From positions 32,001 through 96,000 of IMG/VR virus record IMGVR_UViG_3300009147_000001: DNA of 64,000 nt; one strand, written 5' to 3'. The position numbers were made by a program, and so were the translations under genes. This DNA comes from a virus. A model generated the notes under the pieces. That model was not told the DNA's origin. It saw only the letters and a list, made by a program, of their open reading frames with translations, and did no database searches. Positions 49,740 through 58,589 of this stretch are shown here, one piece after another (positions within the stretch are counted from its first letter, which is position 1; each line of letters opens with the position of its first letter).

Positions 49740-49816
49740 CATCTAGGTCGTTCTCATCATAGGTGACTTTCTGGTCACCTATGGCGAAATCCACCTAGAC
49801 AGGAGGAAAACGGACA

Positions 49817-50050
49817 ATGGACCCAACCCAGACATTGCGGGACATGCTCAACCTTATCCAGCAAATCGGACAACTCGCCACATTGGAGGGTCATCTACGC
49901 AATCTGGACGAATTGAGCGAAAAGACCGCAGACCTGCGCGAATGGCTCCTCAATGGAGGATACGCCCCAGATCTACTATTCTTCCACACAGCGGACGAAC
50001 TCCCGCAGTTCGCCCAAATCGACACGAGACTGGAGAATGAAGACGTCTAG
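49817..50050 (+). CDS. hypothetical protein (MDP...L.EWL..GG.AP pattern)
   Basis: AGGAGG RBS; resembles the C-terminal half of 56565-56765. Confidence 0.7.
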   Translation: MDPTQTLRDMLNLIQQIGQLATLEGHLRNLDELSEKTADLREWLLNGGYAPDLLFFHTADELPQFAQIDTRLENEDV

Positions 50051-50134
50051 GTCGTTCTAGTCCAAGATGGGCATTGCGCCCATCTCGGGCTAAATCCACC
50101 TAGACGTGGAGAAACCAACACAAAAGGACATGAA

Positions 50135-50335
50135 ATGGACATCCAGGACATCATCGACAATCCCGTCTTCATGGACAAAGCGGCGCAAAACCTCATGATT
50201 CTGCGCATCCTGCGCAAGCTGGGCGTAGACCTCAATGAGGTCTTGCCGGACCTTCCGGACGGAGTGAGCATCGACGACATTCACGCCCTTCTGGACGATC
50301 TGGACGAATTCCTCCTGACGGGCGTATCCGTCTGA
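50135..50335 (+). CDS. acidic hypothetical protein
   Basis: AAAGGACA leader. Confidence 0.65.
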   Translation: MDIQDIIDNPVFMDKAAQNLMILRILRKLGVDLNEVLPDLPDGVSIDDIHALLDDLDEFLLTGVSV

Positions 50336-50686
50336 AATCGGACAGGATCGGACGAATGAAGGTAAATCGGACAAAAGGCGGATGGCTGGTCATAGGCACC
50401 AGAAAGGAACTACACGACCTTACCATACCGTACATCATCAAACCGGACACATGCATCAAAAACCGGTAAATCGGACATCTCGGGTCATTCTGGGGCAAAA
50501 GCCCCAGAGTGGTCAAATATGCCCGAAACGGACATATCAGACAATCAGAACGTATAGGGGCATACCGGGCATATGGGTCAAAATGGACATAGCGCTCCCT
50601 GAATAATCATGGGAGAAATCCTGGCAATTGGGCCTAATTGCGTCCAATTGGCCAAACCACGTCCAAACGGACAAAAGAGGGTAAAA

Positions 50687-50893
50687 ATGAGCAATGAGGG
50701 TACAATTGACGACCAGGGTAAATCCCACATCTGGGTCGTTCAGGGCTATTACCAACCATACGGGTGGGAAGACCTCACCGCGGAGGAAACCTACCCAGAA
50801 GCCCTGAAACGGAAGAAAGAGTTCATAGACAATGAAGGTGGTAAGTACCGCATCAAAGTCTACATAGACCCAGAAACCAACACCGATTGCTGA
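50687..50893 (+). CDS. hypothetical protein
   Basis: AAACGGACAAAAGAGGG leader; VVQGYY..YGWED motif. Confidence 0.7.
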   Translation: MSNEGTIDDQGKSHIWVVQGYYQPYGWEDLTAEETYPEALKRKKEFIDNEGGKYRIKVYIDPETNTDC

Positions 50894-50960
50894 ACCGGAC
50901 AGATCGCATCAATCACGGCATAAGCCGTGATCGGTGCCATCGAGCCCGAATCGAACAGAA

Positions 50961-51209
50961 ATGGACATCATGTCACTAAAGGTAGGAACCATCATCACTC
51001 GGTACCATCCACTCCTAAGAGAACTAACGTGTGAAGATGGAGTATGTGTGGGCAAGATACTACGAACGTTCACATACGCCAACTATCATCACGTAGAAGT
51101 CACATGGTGGGAAACCTGCTCATATCACAACTACGACACATCAACAAACACATATCTCTTCCTCCACGACGAGATATGGGAAATCGGACAAATCCCGGAA
51201 ATCTCCTGA
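50961..51209 (+). CDS. hypothetical protein
   Basis: Lies between two related hairpins. Confidence 0.65.
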   Translation: MDIMSLKVGTIITRYHPLLRELTCEDGVCVGKILRTFTYANYHHVEVTWWETCSYHNYDTSTNTYLFLHDEIWEIGQIPEIS

Positions 51210-51283
51210 ACCGGACAGATCGCATCATTCTTGGCACTGTGCCAAGAATGGTGCAATGTGCCTGACACAGAGGAGAAACGGAC

Positions 51284-51961
51284 ATGACGAACAAGGTAGA
51301 CACACTACGCCACTCCGACTTTACGGTCGAATGGATCGACCCGAATGATATCTCCACCATTCGGGACAGAGGCTACGTAAATCCCTATCAACTGGACAAA
51401 ATCCCACATAAGGGGGCAATCCCGTTCGTTGATCTCGGATCGGTTGCAGCCGGCGAAGACACCGCAAACCAGACATCCACCGTCAACCGGTCCAATTACC
51501 GAAGACTACGCGAAGACTACCCAACCGTGTTCATCAACGTCAGCTATTACAACGTGGACACATTGGGTGCGATCGTGCCAGATCTCCCCGATGAGGTCAT
51601 CAACCTCCTTATCGGATTAAAAGAGGACTATCCGCTCTACGACGAGGAAGACCTCTGCAATCTGGAGGATGAGGAAATAACGGACTCCTGGGACCAATGG
51701 GTTCGATCCGACGTTTCCTCCATCATCATCGAAAAGCTCTCTTACGCCGAGGATGAGGACACCCTCGACACATGGTACAAAATGGACAAAGAGCACGAAG
51801 CAGAGCTTTTCTGGCGATGTGTGGAGGATCTGGACAGATACCCCGAACACAGCGGTATTGAGGTCATCTGGAACGATCTGGACAAAATCGCCGAAAGGAT
51901 GATCCGCTACCTTTCCGGGGAAATTACGCCAGTTCCGGACGATCAAGCACCTTTGTTCTGA
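51284..51961 (+). CDS. acidic phage protein (DYPLYDEED motif)
   Basis: GAGGAGAAACGGAC-ATG; 225 aa. Confidence 0.78.
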   Translation: MTNKVDTLRHSDFTVEWIDPNDISTIRDRGYVNPYQLDKIPHKGAIPFVDLGSVAAGEDTANQTSTVNRSNYRRLREDYPTVFINVSYYNVDTLGAIVPDLPDEVINLLIGLKEDYPLYDEEDLCNLEDEEITDSWDQWVRSDVSSIIIEKLSYAEDEDTLDTWYKMDKEHEAELFWRCVEDLDRYPEHSGIEVIWNDLDKIAERMIRYLSGEITPVPDDQAPLF

Positions 51962-52030
51962 TTTGGTGCGAAGCGTATCATAAGATACGCTTCGAGCCAT
52001 GTCAGCGCAAGGAGGGAACAACGGACAATC

Positions 52031-52204
52031 ATGACACTTAAGACAATAAGAACAACAGTAGACAAAATAGCTGGAATGTACACGTATCAGCTCAGAATCG
52101 TCGAAAACGGACTAGAAACGGACAAAGTAGTCATTATCCGGGCTACTAACCCACTATACCTCGAAAAGGATACGTGGGTGGAAATAGACTTTCCCGACGA
52201 TTAG
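52031..52204 (+). CDS. hypothetical protein (57 aa, not in ORF track)
   Basis: AAGGAGG...AACGGACA leader; between two hairpins. Confidence 0.6.
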   Translation: MTLKTIRTTVDKIAGMYTYQLRIVENGLETDKVVIIRATNPLYLEKDTWVEIDFPDD

Positions 52205-52290
52205 AACATTATGGTCATAGTTCGCAGACCATGCGAACTATGGCCATCCTATTCTCATCTGCCAGACCAAGAAAAACAAAGATCATTATG

Positions 52291-52319
52291 TTGTCAAGAT
52301 CTTGACACACTGGTAGGCT
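52291..52319 (+). promoter_or_regulatory. promoter with palindromic operator-like site over the -35
   Basis: TTGTCA-N17-TAGGCT; perfect 16-bp palindrome TGTCAAGATCTTGACA at 52292-52307. Confidence 0.6.
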
Positions 52320-52324
52320 GACAG

Positions 52325-52760
52325 CACACGGGGACATCGGGATCACGATACTACGGGCCAAAACCCCGAAAGTCATGATGCCCATTGAATCGGACCTATA
52401 GTGCATAGACTGCGCTATCCGCTTGAAAAAACCATAGTGACTTTTCTGCCACGGGCAGGCTGACGCACCCGCGTCACCCTAGCCCGTTGGGCTCCCAGTG
52501 ACCAGCGTATACGCCCTGTATGGGCCGCTAGCACACGATCCCGCCACGGTGGTACCCCGAGGTATCAACCGTCACGGATCATGGCGCAGCGTGGCGCTCA
52601 GCGCGTTTTCCCTGGTCACTGACCTATGGTCGGGTAGGAACAAAAGCGCAAAAACGCGATGACAGGATAAATCGGACACTTCGTTCATTATCCTCATATC
52701 ATCCTGAGTAGCGTAATAACGTCCTATCCGTGCCATAGGCCACGAAAGGAGCCGACTGCT
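52325..52760 (+). ncRNA. candidate structured non-coding RNA
   Basis: No + strand ORF in the track; GC-rich nested stems, e.g. CAGTGACCAG/CTGGTCACTG; downstream of a promoter. Confidence 0.4.
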
Positions 52761-52838
52761 CGTGAGGTTCTGCTCAGAAACGTGCTAGCAGTCACGTTTC
52801 TGGTCAAAGTCTCATGAAACGGACACAAGGAGACAAAA

Positions 52839-53930
52839 ATGGACAAAGACCAACCTATCATCATCGTTGGGGGATCTCTGACCGGACCGGTTATGTCACT
52901 CTTATTGATGAATGCCGGATTTAGCAACGTTCACCTCTATGAGGCAATTCCACCCAATATTTCCCCATCAGGTGGAGTAATCGGACTTGACCACTACGCC
53001 CTGGACGTACTGGAAAGTGTCGGAATCATCCAGAACGAGATCATTCCGTTCACGTCTGAGCGCGTCATTGCTATCAAACTACGCTCGGGCACCGAAAACC
53101 AGACATTCTACCCAGGACGCAACACCACGTGGTCAATTCTGCACACTGCACTCATGCGCCGAATGCCGGACAATCACTACCACCCGGGCAAGAAGGTTAC
53201 GAGTGTGAATACTGGATACATCGGATTTTCGGATGGTAGCACGACAGAAAGTGCATTCACCATCTTTGCCGATGGACGCCGCTCTACTGGACGAAAGCTG
53301 CTCGACCCAACCCGAAAGCTCCATTACGCCGGATATGTAGCGCACCGAGGCATTCTCGACCGGTGTCCTCCTGACATTCGCGACTTCCTGCGCTTTGAAG
53401 GGCAAGACACCGCATTTAACGTCTTTCCCATCATTCAGGATAACGGGGCAATCGGCATGGACTGGACATTCTACCTCAACACGTCAGAACCGGATTTTCG
53501 CCAGCATTTCGGTGCATCACCGGTCGTAAAGACCTTCATGCACCAAATCCCTTCTGATGTAACTACCGTGGTCGATTGTGCCGCTACTCGCACACTCACG
53601 GAGCAAACCGCACATCTTGTGCACTCAACTGCAACGCGGATGGCGGTGCCCATCGTGGACATCGACCAGCCAACTACCATGATCTTCAACAACGGGTCAA
53701 GCGTGCTCATTGGTGACGCACTGGCCCCGGTTCGCCCACATACCGCTAGGGGCGCCAATAATGGGATAATAGCCGCCCAGTCGCTCATGGTAGCTTTGCG
53801 CCATCATGTCAACCATGGAGCAAATCTCCTTTCCGCCCTAAAAGGTTGGGAGTCACGGCTTTTGCCTACTATCCACCAAGATGTAGCCAATGGGCCTATT
53901 ATGGGCGCTAAGCTCGGATTGGGAGGCTAG
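52839..53930 (+). CDS. FAD-dependent monooxygenase (2,6-dihydroxypyridine hydroxylase-like)
   Basis: IVGGSLTG, FADGRRS, YAGYVAHRG and LIGDA...RPHTARG motifs. Confidence 0.85.
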   Translation: MDKDQPIIIVGGSLTGPVMSLLLMNAGFSNVHLYEAIPPNISPSGGVIGLDHYALDVLESVGIIQNEIIPFTSERVIAIKLRSGTENQTFYPGRNTTWSILHTALMRRMPDNHYHPGKKVTSVNTGYIGFSDGSTTESAFTIFADGRRSTGRKLLDPTRKLHYAGYVAHRGILDRCPPDIRDFLRFEGQDTAFNVFPIIQDNGAIGMDWTFYLNTSEPDFRQHFGASPVVKTFMHQIPSDVTTVVDCAATRTLTEQTAHLVHSTATRMAVPIVDIDQPTTMIFNNGSSVLIGDALAPVRPHTARGANNGIIAAQSLMVALRHHVNHGANLLSALKGWESRLLPTIHQDVANGPIMGAKLGLGG

Positions 53931-54098
53931 ATGACCAAAGCCAAAGACCTGGAACCAGGAGATCAGATAAAGCTAGAAATAGACGGTGTGGTTAACACAG
54001 AACGCCCAGACGGGTCAACCTGGACATATCTCTATTTCACCACCACCACTGACACACTGTACATACCGAGCGATAGCGACATATCTACCGAGTCATGA
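53931..54098 (+). CDS. hypothetical protein (55 aa, not in ORF track)
   Basis: GGAGG RBS; starts MTKAKDLEPGD. Confidence 0.6.
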   Translation: MTKAKDLEPGDQIKLEIDGVVNTERPDGSTWTYLYFTTTTDTLYIPSDSDISTES

Positions 54099-54170
54099 CG
54101 CTCTAGTGCAAAGCGTACTATACGGTACGCTTTGTGCTATACCGCCATGAAACGGACAAAGGATCACAAA

Positions 54171-54509
54171 ATGTCACACTTCCACGTAGGCCATAACATG
54201 CCGGGCTATCTGCCCGAAAGCGACATCATGTGTTTCGATAATGCAGAAGACGCAATTCGAGCCCTAGGGGATGAACTGGACAAAGCTATCGACACCCTCT
54301 TCGAATTCAACAATTCTGCTCTCAAGGACACACTCTACGCAATAGTAGAAATCTACCAGGATGGAACATCCCCGGAGTTCTGCGACGTTACATACGAACT
54401 GCATGAAGGTCGCAGCGTCCGACACAGAGTCGACGGGTATGAATACTGGATCGAACCGGTCAATCACGCCTATGACGTCTGTGAATGTCGAGAACCGTAC
54501 CTAGAGTGA
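54171..54509 (+). CDS. hypothetical protein (GHNMPGYLPE motif)
   Basis: AAACGGACAAAGGA leader; between two hairpins. Confidence 0.72.
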   Translation: MSHFHVGHNMPGYLPESDIMCFDNAEDAIRALGDELDKAIDTLFEFNNSALKDTLYAIVEIYQDGTSPEFCDVTYELHEGRSVRHRVDGYEYWIEPVNHAYDVCECREPYLE

Positions 54510-54686
54510 GGTTCTAGTCATATCCGACTAACCTAGTCGGATGTGGCTAAATCCCTATGAAAGGATGAAAAAATGGCACTATGGAATGCAACCGTGGCAG
54601 TTGCCATTATCAAGGCACGCCGCCGAGGAGACAACGAATTCGCCCAATTCCTCAAAACCCTTCTCTTCTAGACCTACGGAACAGAA

Positions 54687-54869
54687 ATGGACGAACCATA
54701 CGACAACGGTGATCCGGTTACATTCTGCACGGAATGCAATCATGCCGACATCAAACACACATCGTTTGAACCAGACGAATGGGACGAATGGGCCAATGTA
54801 CTTAAATGCCAGGAATGCGGACAATTGTGCTGGAATGCCCAATTCGTCACCCTGGAGTACCTGATCTGA
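54687..54869 (+). CDS. small zinc-ribbon protein
   Basis: CTEC...CQEC. Confidence 0.6.
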   Translation: MDEPYDNGDPVTFCTECNHADIKHTSFEPDEWDEWANVLKCQECGQLCWNAQFVTLEYLI

Positions 54870-54909
54870 TCGAGGAGGAACGAGACAATTCAACAGAATA
54901 GGATAATCC

Positions 54910-55191
54910 GTGCGTAAATTACTCAAATCAGACCTAACCGTCACAAATCCACCACAACCTCGCCAACCATCACCATACCGAGAAGCATGGACAATTGACT
55001 TCCATGACCGCACATCGGTCATTGTCTTCACATATGACACCATGGTAGCAATTGTCAGAAAGACGATAGATCACGTCCCATTGCACCATGGTAATACCAA
55101 AAAGGTGCATTATCAACTCATAAAGTGGATGGATGACGATAAAGGGTACGAAATTCTTAGCTCGGTAGAAATGGACATAAAACTCATCTAG
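54910..55191 (+). CDS. hypothetical protein
   Basis: AGGA upstream; same strand as neighbours. Confidence 0.55.
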   Translation: MRKLLKSDLTVTNPPQPRQPSPYREAWTIDFHDRTSVIVFTYDTMVAIVRKTIDHVPLHHGNTKKVHYQLIKWMDDDKGYEILSSVEMDIKLI

Positions 55192-55312
55192 ACAGTTATG
55201 GTGTGGATCGGACAAAACATAACATATAACAATCATACCCCGATTCACGCCATATCTACCTAGACCGGGTAGATAACCAGAAAACCAACACACAGAAGGA
55301 TACATCACCACA

Positions 55313-55699
55313 ATGGATCTCAGTGCCTATATGTACGACAGTGACGGATTCAACGCCAATGGTCGCGACAAGTACGGCTATAACCGCAACGGTTATGACC
55401 GGGAGGGTCTCAACCGTGACGGTCTGACCAGCGATGGTTTCAGCGCCCAAGGATGGAACGCCGAAGGACGCGACAAGCGCGGCTTTGACGCCAATGGTCG
55501 CGATGTGAACGGTTTCGACCGGTATGGCTGGGACAAGGATGGTTTCAACCGTGATGGCCTCAACGCTGACGGCTATGACCGCGATGGCTTCAGTAAGGGT
55601 GGATTCAACCGGTATGGCTACAACCGCGACGGCAAGACGCGCCAGCAGGTCTACATCTACAACGAAAAGGGTGAAATCCGCCCGGACCTGACCGCCTGA
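55313..55699 (+). CDS. pentapeptide G(Y/F)(D/N)xx repeat protein
   Basis: About 20 repeats such as DGFNANGRDKYGYNRNGYDREG. Confidence 0.8.
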   Translation: MDLSAYMYDSDGFNANGRDKYGYNRNGYDREGLNRDGLTSDGFSAQGWNAEGRDKRGFDANGRDVNGFDRYGWDKDGFNRDGLNADGYDRDGFSKGGFNRYGYNRDGKTRQQVYIYNEKGEIRPDLTA

Positions 55700-55764
55700 C
55701 CGTTTTCGTCATAGACGGCACAGCCGTGTCGTCTATGGCGAAATCGACCAGGAAAGGACAAATC

Positions 55765-56088
55765 ATGACCACCTACGGCAAAGCACGTGAAGAGACCATC
55801 AACGCTCTCATTGAACGAAAGCCGTTCATGAGATCAGGCTTCGGCATGAAAGCCTTCAACCGGGCAACGGAACTAAGAGGTCGACTTCCCGAAAAATGGG
55901 TCAATGAGTACGCAATAGACGAACTCGAAGGAATAGTCTATACCGTCGTTTCCTACATGACTCCCATTGCTTGGGTAAAAAGGGACGGAACCGTTGTCAT
56001 TCCTGACATATACTATTCCCCCACCACATCAGCCCATCAGGGACTATGCCGGACATACCTTACCTCCGGTAAAGGATATAACACCTGA
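55765..56088 (+). CDS. conserved phage protein (YTVVSYMTPIAW...YSPTTSAHQ)
   Basis: GAAAGGACA leader; recognisable motif. Confidence 0.75.
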   Translation: MTTYGKAREETINALIERKPFMRSGFGMKAFNRATELRGRLPEKWVNEYAIDELEGIVYTVVSYMTPIAWVKRDGTVVIPDIYYSPTTSAHQGLCRTYLTSGKGYNT

Positions 56089-56223
56089 ACCGGACAAAAG
56101 GATGAACAATGATATACTTCCGACGACGCAAGCCAAACAGTCATAGGTGGGACTTCTAGGTTCGTTTAGTGCAATTGGTCCCATGCGGACCAATTGTGCT
56201 ATGCAAACCGAGAAAGGACAATA

Positions 56224-56568
56224 ATGGACAAAACACTCGAAAAGGCTAGAGCGCATAATAACATGCCATTCGTCATCTATTTGATGAACGCCGTGATGCG
56301 CACACCAACGTACCAATCCAATCAAAGCACCTATGCCTTCTGGTTGTGGTACCAAGCGATTAGATGGGACTATCGGGACAAAGATCCTGATCCTATCAGC
56401 ATAAAACGGATTTATCACAAAGACCTGATCGGATGGGACGTCAACGGCAGAGACTGCGAGGTGTGCCATATGCACCCGCATAGTCACGACTGGATGGACC
56501 TGGACATTAACGGCTTTGCCGTCAATTGCTCCAATATCGACAGAACATCACCAGTGAGCACGATATGA
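56224..56568 (+). CDS. hypothetical protein
   Basis: GAAAGGACA leader after a hairpin. Confidence 0.65.
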   Translation: MDKTLEKARAHNNMPFVIYLMNAVMRTPTYQSNQSTYAFWLWYQAIRWDYRDKDPDPISIKRIYHKDLIGWDVNGRDCEVCHMHPHSHDWMDLDINGFAVNCSNIDRTSPVSTI

Positions 56569-56765
56569 GCAAAGAGACACACATCAACAGCATTCTCGCC
56601 ACAATGCGTGAAATTCACGCACTCAGCACAACGGACGTTCATGCCTACCTCAAGCGCCAGCGGGAATTTCTGGAGCTATGGGAAGAACTGGACAAATTCC
56701 TACAATCAGGCGGCTTCTGGCCAAACATGACTATCGTGCGAAACGGATGGTTTCTAGAGAAATGA
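56565..56765 (+). CDS. hypothetical protein
   Basis: ATGA-coupled; LDKFLQSGGFWP. Confidence 0.6.
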   Translation: MSKETHINSILATMREIHALSTTDVHAYLKRQREFLELWEELDKFLQSGGFWPNMTIVRNGWFLEK

Positions 56766-57025
56766 GCACATATCACATACGATATAACAATGGGTCTCCG
56801 GCAGACAATCTATCCCGAGCGCAGCTCGAAGGAGCCATAGCGTCCTGGTTGACGAAAAATCCGTCCACATCCGACGATAGTAGCATCCATACCGTCTACA
56901 TCACGGTCAACGACCGAATGGTACCTATGCGCATGCATACGTACGGTCATGACAATGGGACATTCACTGTACTATTGTCACTCGCCGGAGTTACCATCGA
57001 AAAGTTCACCATAACCGTACAATAA
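56762..57025 (+). CDS. hypothetical protein
   Basis: ATGA-coupled. Confidence 0.6.
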   Translation: MSTYHIRYNNGSPADNLSRAQLEGAIASWLTKNPSTSDDSSIHTVYITVNDRMVPMRMHTYGHDNGTFTVLLSLAGVTIEKFTITVQ

Positions 57026-57034
57026 CTCCATAAC

Positions 57035-57076
57035 GGACATAGCAGGCATAGCAGACATAGCAGACATAGCAGACAT
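57035..57076 (+). repeat. 9-bp tandem repeat (AGACATAGC, about 4.5 copies)
   Basis: ggacatagc aggcatagc agacatagc agacatagc agacat. Confidence 0.85.
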
Positions 57077-57302
57077 ATGTGTATACAAGGTGCTATATAG
57101 CCCTATGTGGTCTATATAGTGCCTTCCGTACATATAAGGCAATTCGCGCAATTCTGTCCAATTGGCCAATTCTGGGTCAATTGGCCAAAATGAGGATAAA
57201 TCTGCGGGGGCCTTCGTCATAGCCTCGCTGCCCCACAGCAGGGGTGGCTCAGGGTAAATATCCCCGACATCCACTAAACTACACACAAAGGATAAAACGA
57301 CA

Positions 57303-57482
57303 GTGGAATACGAAAAGCACCGTAATGCTCAGGTTGACAGTAATGGTAATAACACCAAGTTTGCCGCCAAAAAGCGTAAGCGCCGTCGCCGTACCACACT
57401 CACCCCGGAGGCCATCTCGCGGCTATCCAACCGTGGTCCTGATCTTGACTCGCGCACTGCTGGCACCTCGTTCATTTGGTGA
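57303..57482 (+). CDS. small basic protein (59 aa, not in ORF track)
   Basis: AAGGA upstream; MEYEKHRN...KKRKRRRRT. Confidence 0.5.
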   Translation: MEYEKHRNAQVDSNGNNTKFAAKKRKRRRRTTLTPEAISRLSNRGPDLDSRTAGTSFIW

Positions 57483-58554
57483 CAGATTACCGTCATAAGC
57501 TGCTGACAAGATCGTGATGCATCAACCAACACTGATAAAGAATCCTATTAGTTGGGAGTAAAAACAAATAAAAACAGGGGACAAATCACCCAAAACCGGG
57601 ACAAGCGTGGACTTTGTTGCTCATGATCTTTTTGGGTACTCTTCCAGGAGCGCGATATTCCTGTGAGAACAAAACCGACATCTCGGTCTTTTTGATTTCG
57701 AGAATCAGTCCAAAACGGACAAATCGTCTCGTAAGGGATGTTAATTCGTAGGCGAGAAAACGCGTACCTTCGTCCAAAGCAGGGGAACAGACTCTTTCAG
57801 AATATGATGGTTTGTCCTGTGACGCACTTCACAAGATCACAAGCCATCCAGGAATCGGGACAATTCGGACATTCTAGACATTTCACCCGATATCTAGACA
57901 AACCACCACGAAAGCCACGTAAAACATCACCCTCCCCTAACAACCCCGCCCCCCTCACCACGAAAAGGTCCGCAGATCCACATATCCGCAACTAAGGGTA
58001 ACTAAAGTCCTATTTAAATAGGGACAAAATAGGACATACTAGGCGTGGGAGCGCTTCCAATGACAGTTTATTGACTGACGGATTAGCTTCTTATCCGATA
58101 ATATTCGCTGTCTACTCATCCGTTCGTACTAAGCATACCTACCCGAAAGTGAGTGGATCTCTCCTGTTGGATGAATAGATCACCTACTCTTGCCGTTTAT
58201 CCGCTAACACATTAATTGTCAACACATCCAAATCAGACCCCACATGCAGCTCATCCCTCACAATCCATTCACTACAATAAGTACTGTTTATTTTTAAACA
58301 CCAACATCATCCGTTCGGAGGATGTCAAGATACTTAAGATAACGTTTATTCCCTGACACATTGACCGTTCCCTATTAACTTGTCGATCCCTATCAATTTC
58401 CACCTGCGGCGCGCGGTGCCTGCCTGTGGGGGTCTGTCATGTCCCGCAGGGCCTCATGGATAGACTTATATCGAACTAACCGTGCGTTCGTTGGGCCAGA
58501 GCCTGATGGCACCCAACCTCGTTTTTCCTTTTCTCACTGAGTCCTGTTTGGTCA

Positions 58555-58583
58555 TTGACACAATAGTTGTTTTCTGCTAGGCT
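58555..58583 (+). promoter_or_regulatory. SigA/HrdB-type promoter, probably leaderless transcript
   Basis: TTGACA-N17-TAGGCT with TG extension; ATG lies 6 nt after the -10; no SD sequence. Confidence 0.75.
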
Positions 58584-58589
58584 CAACGG

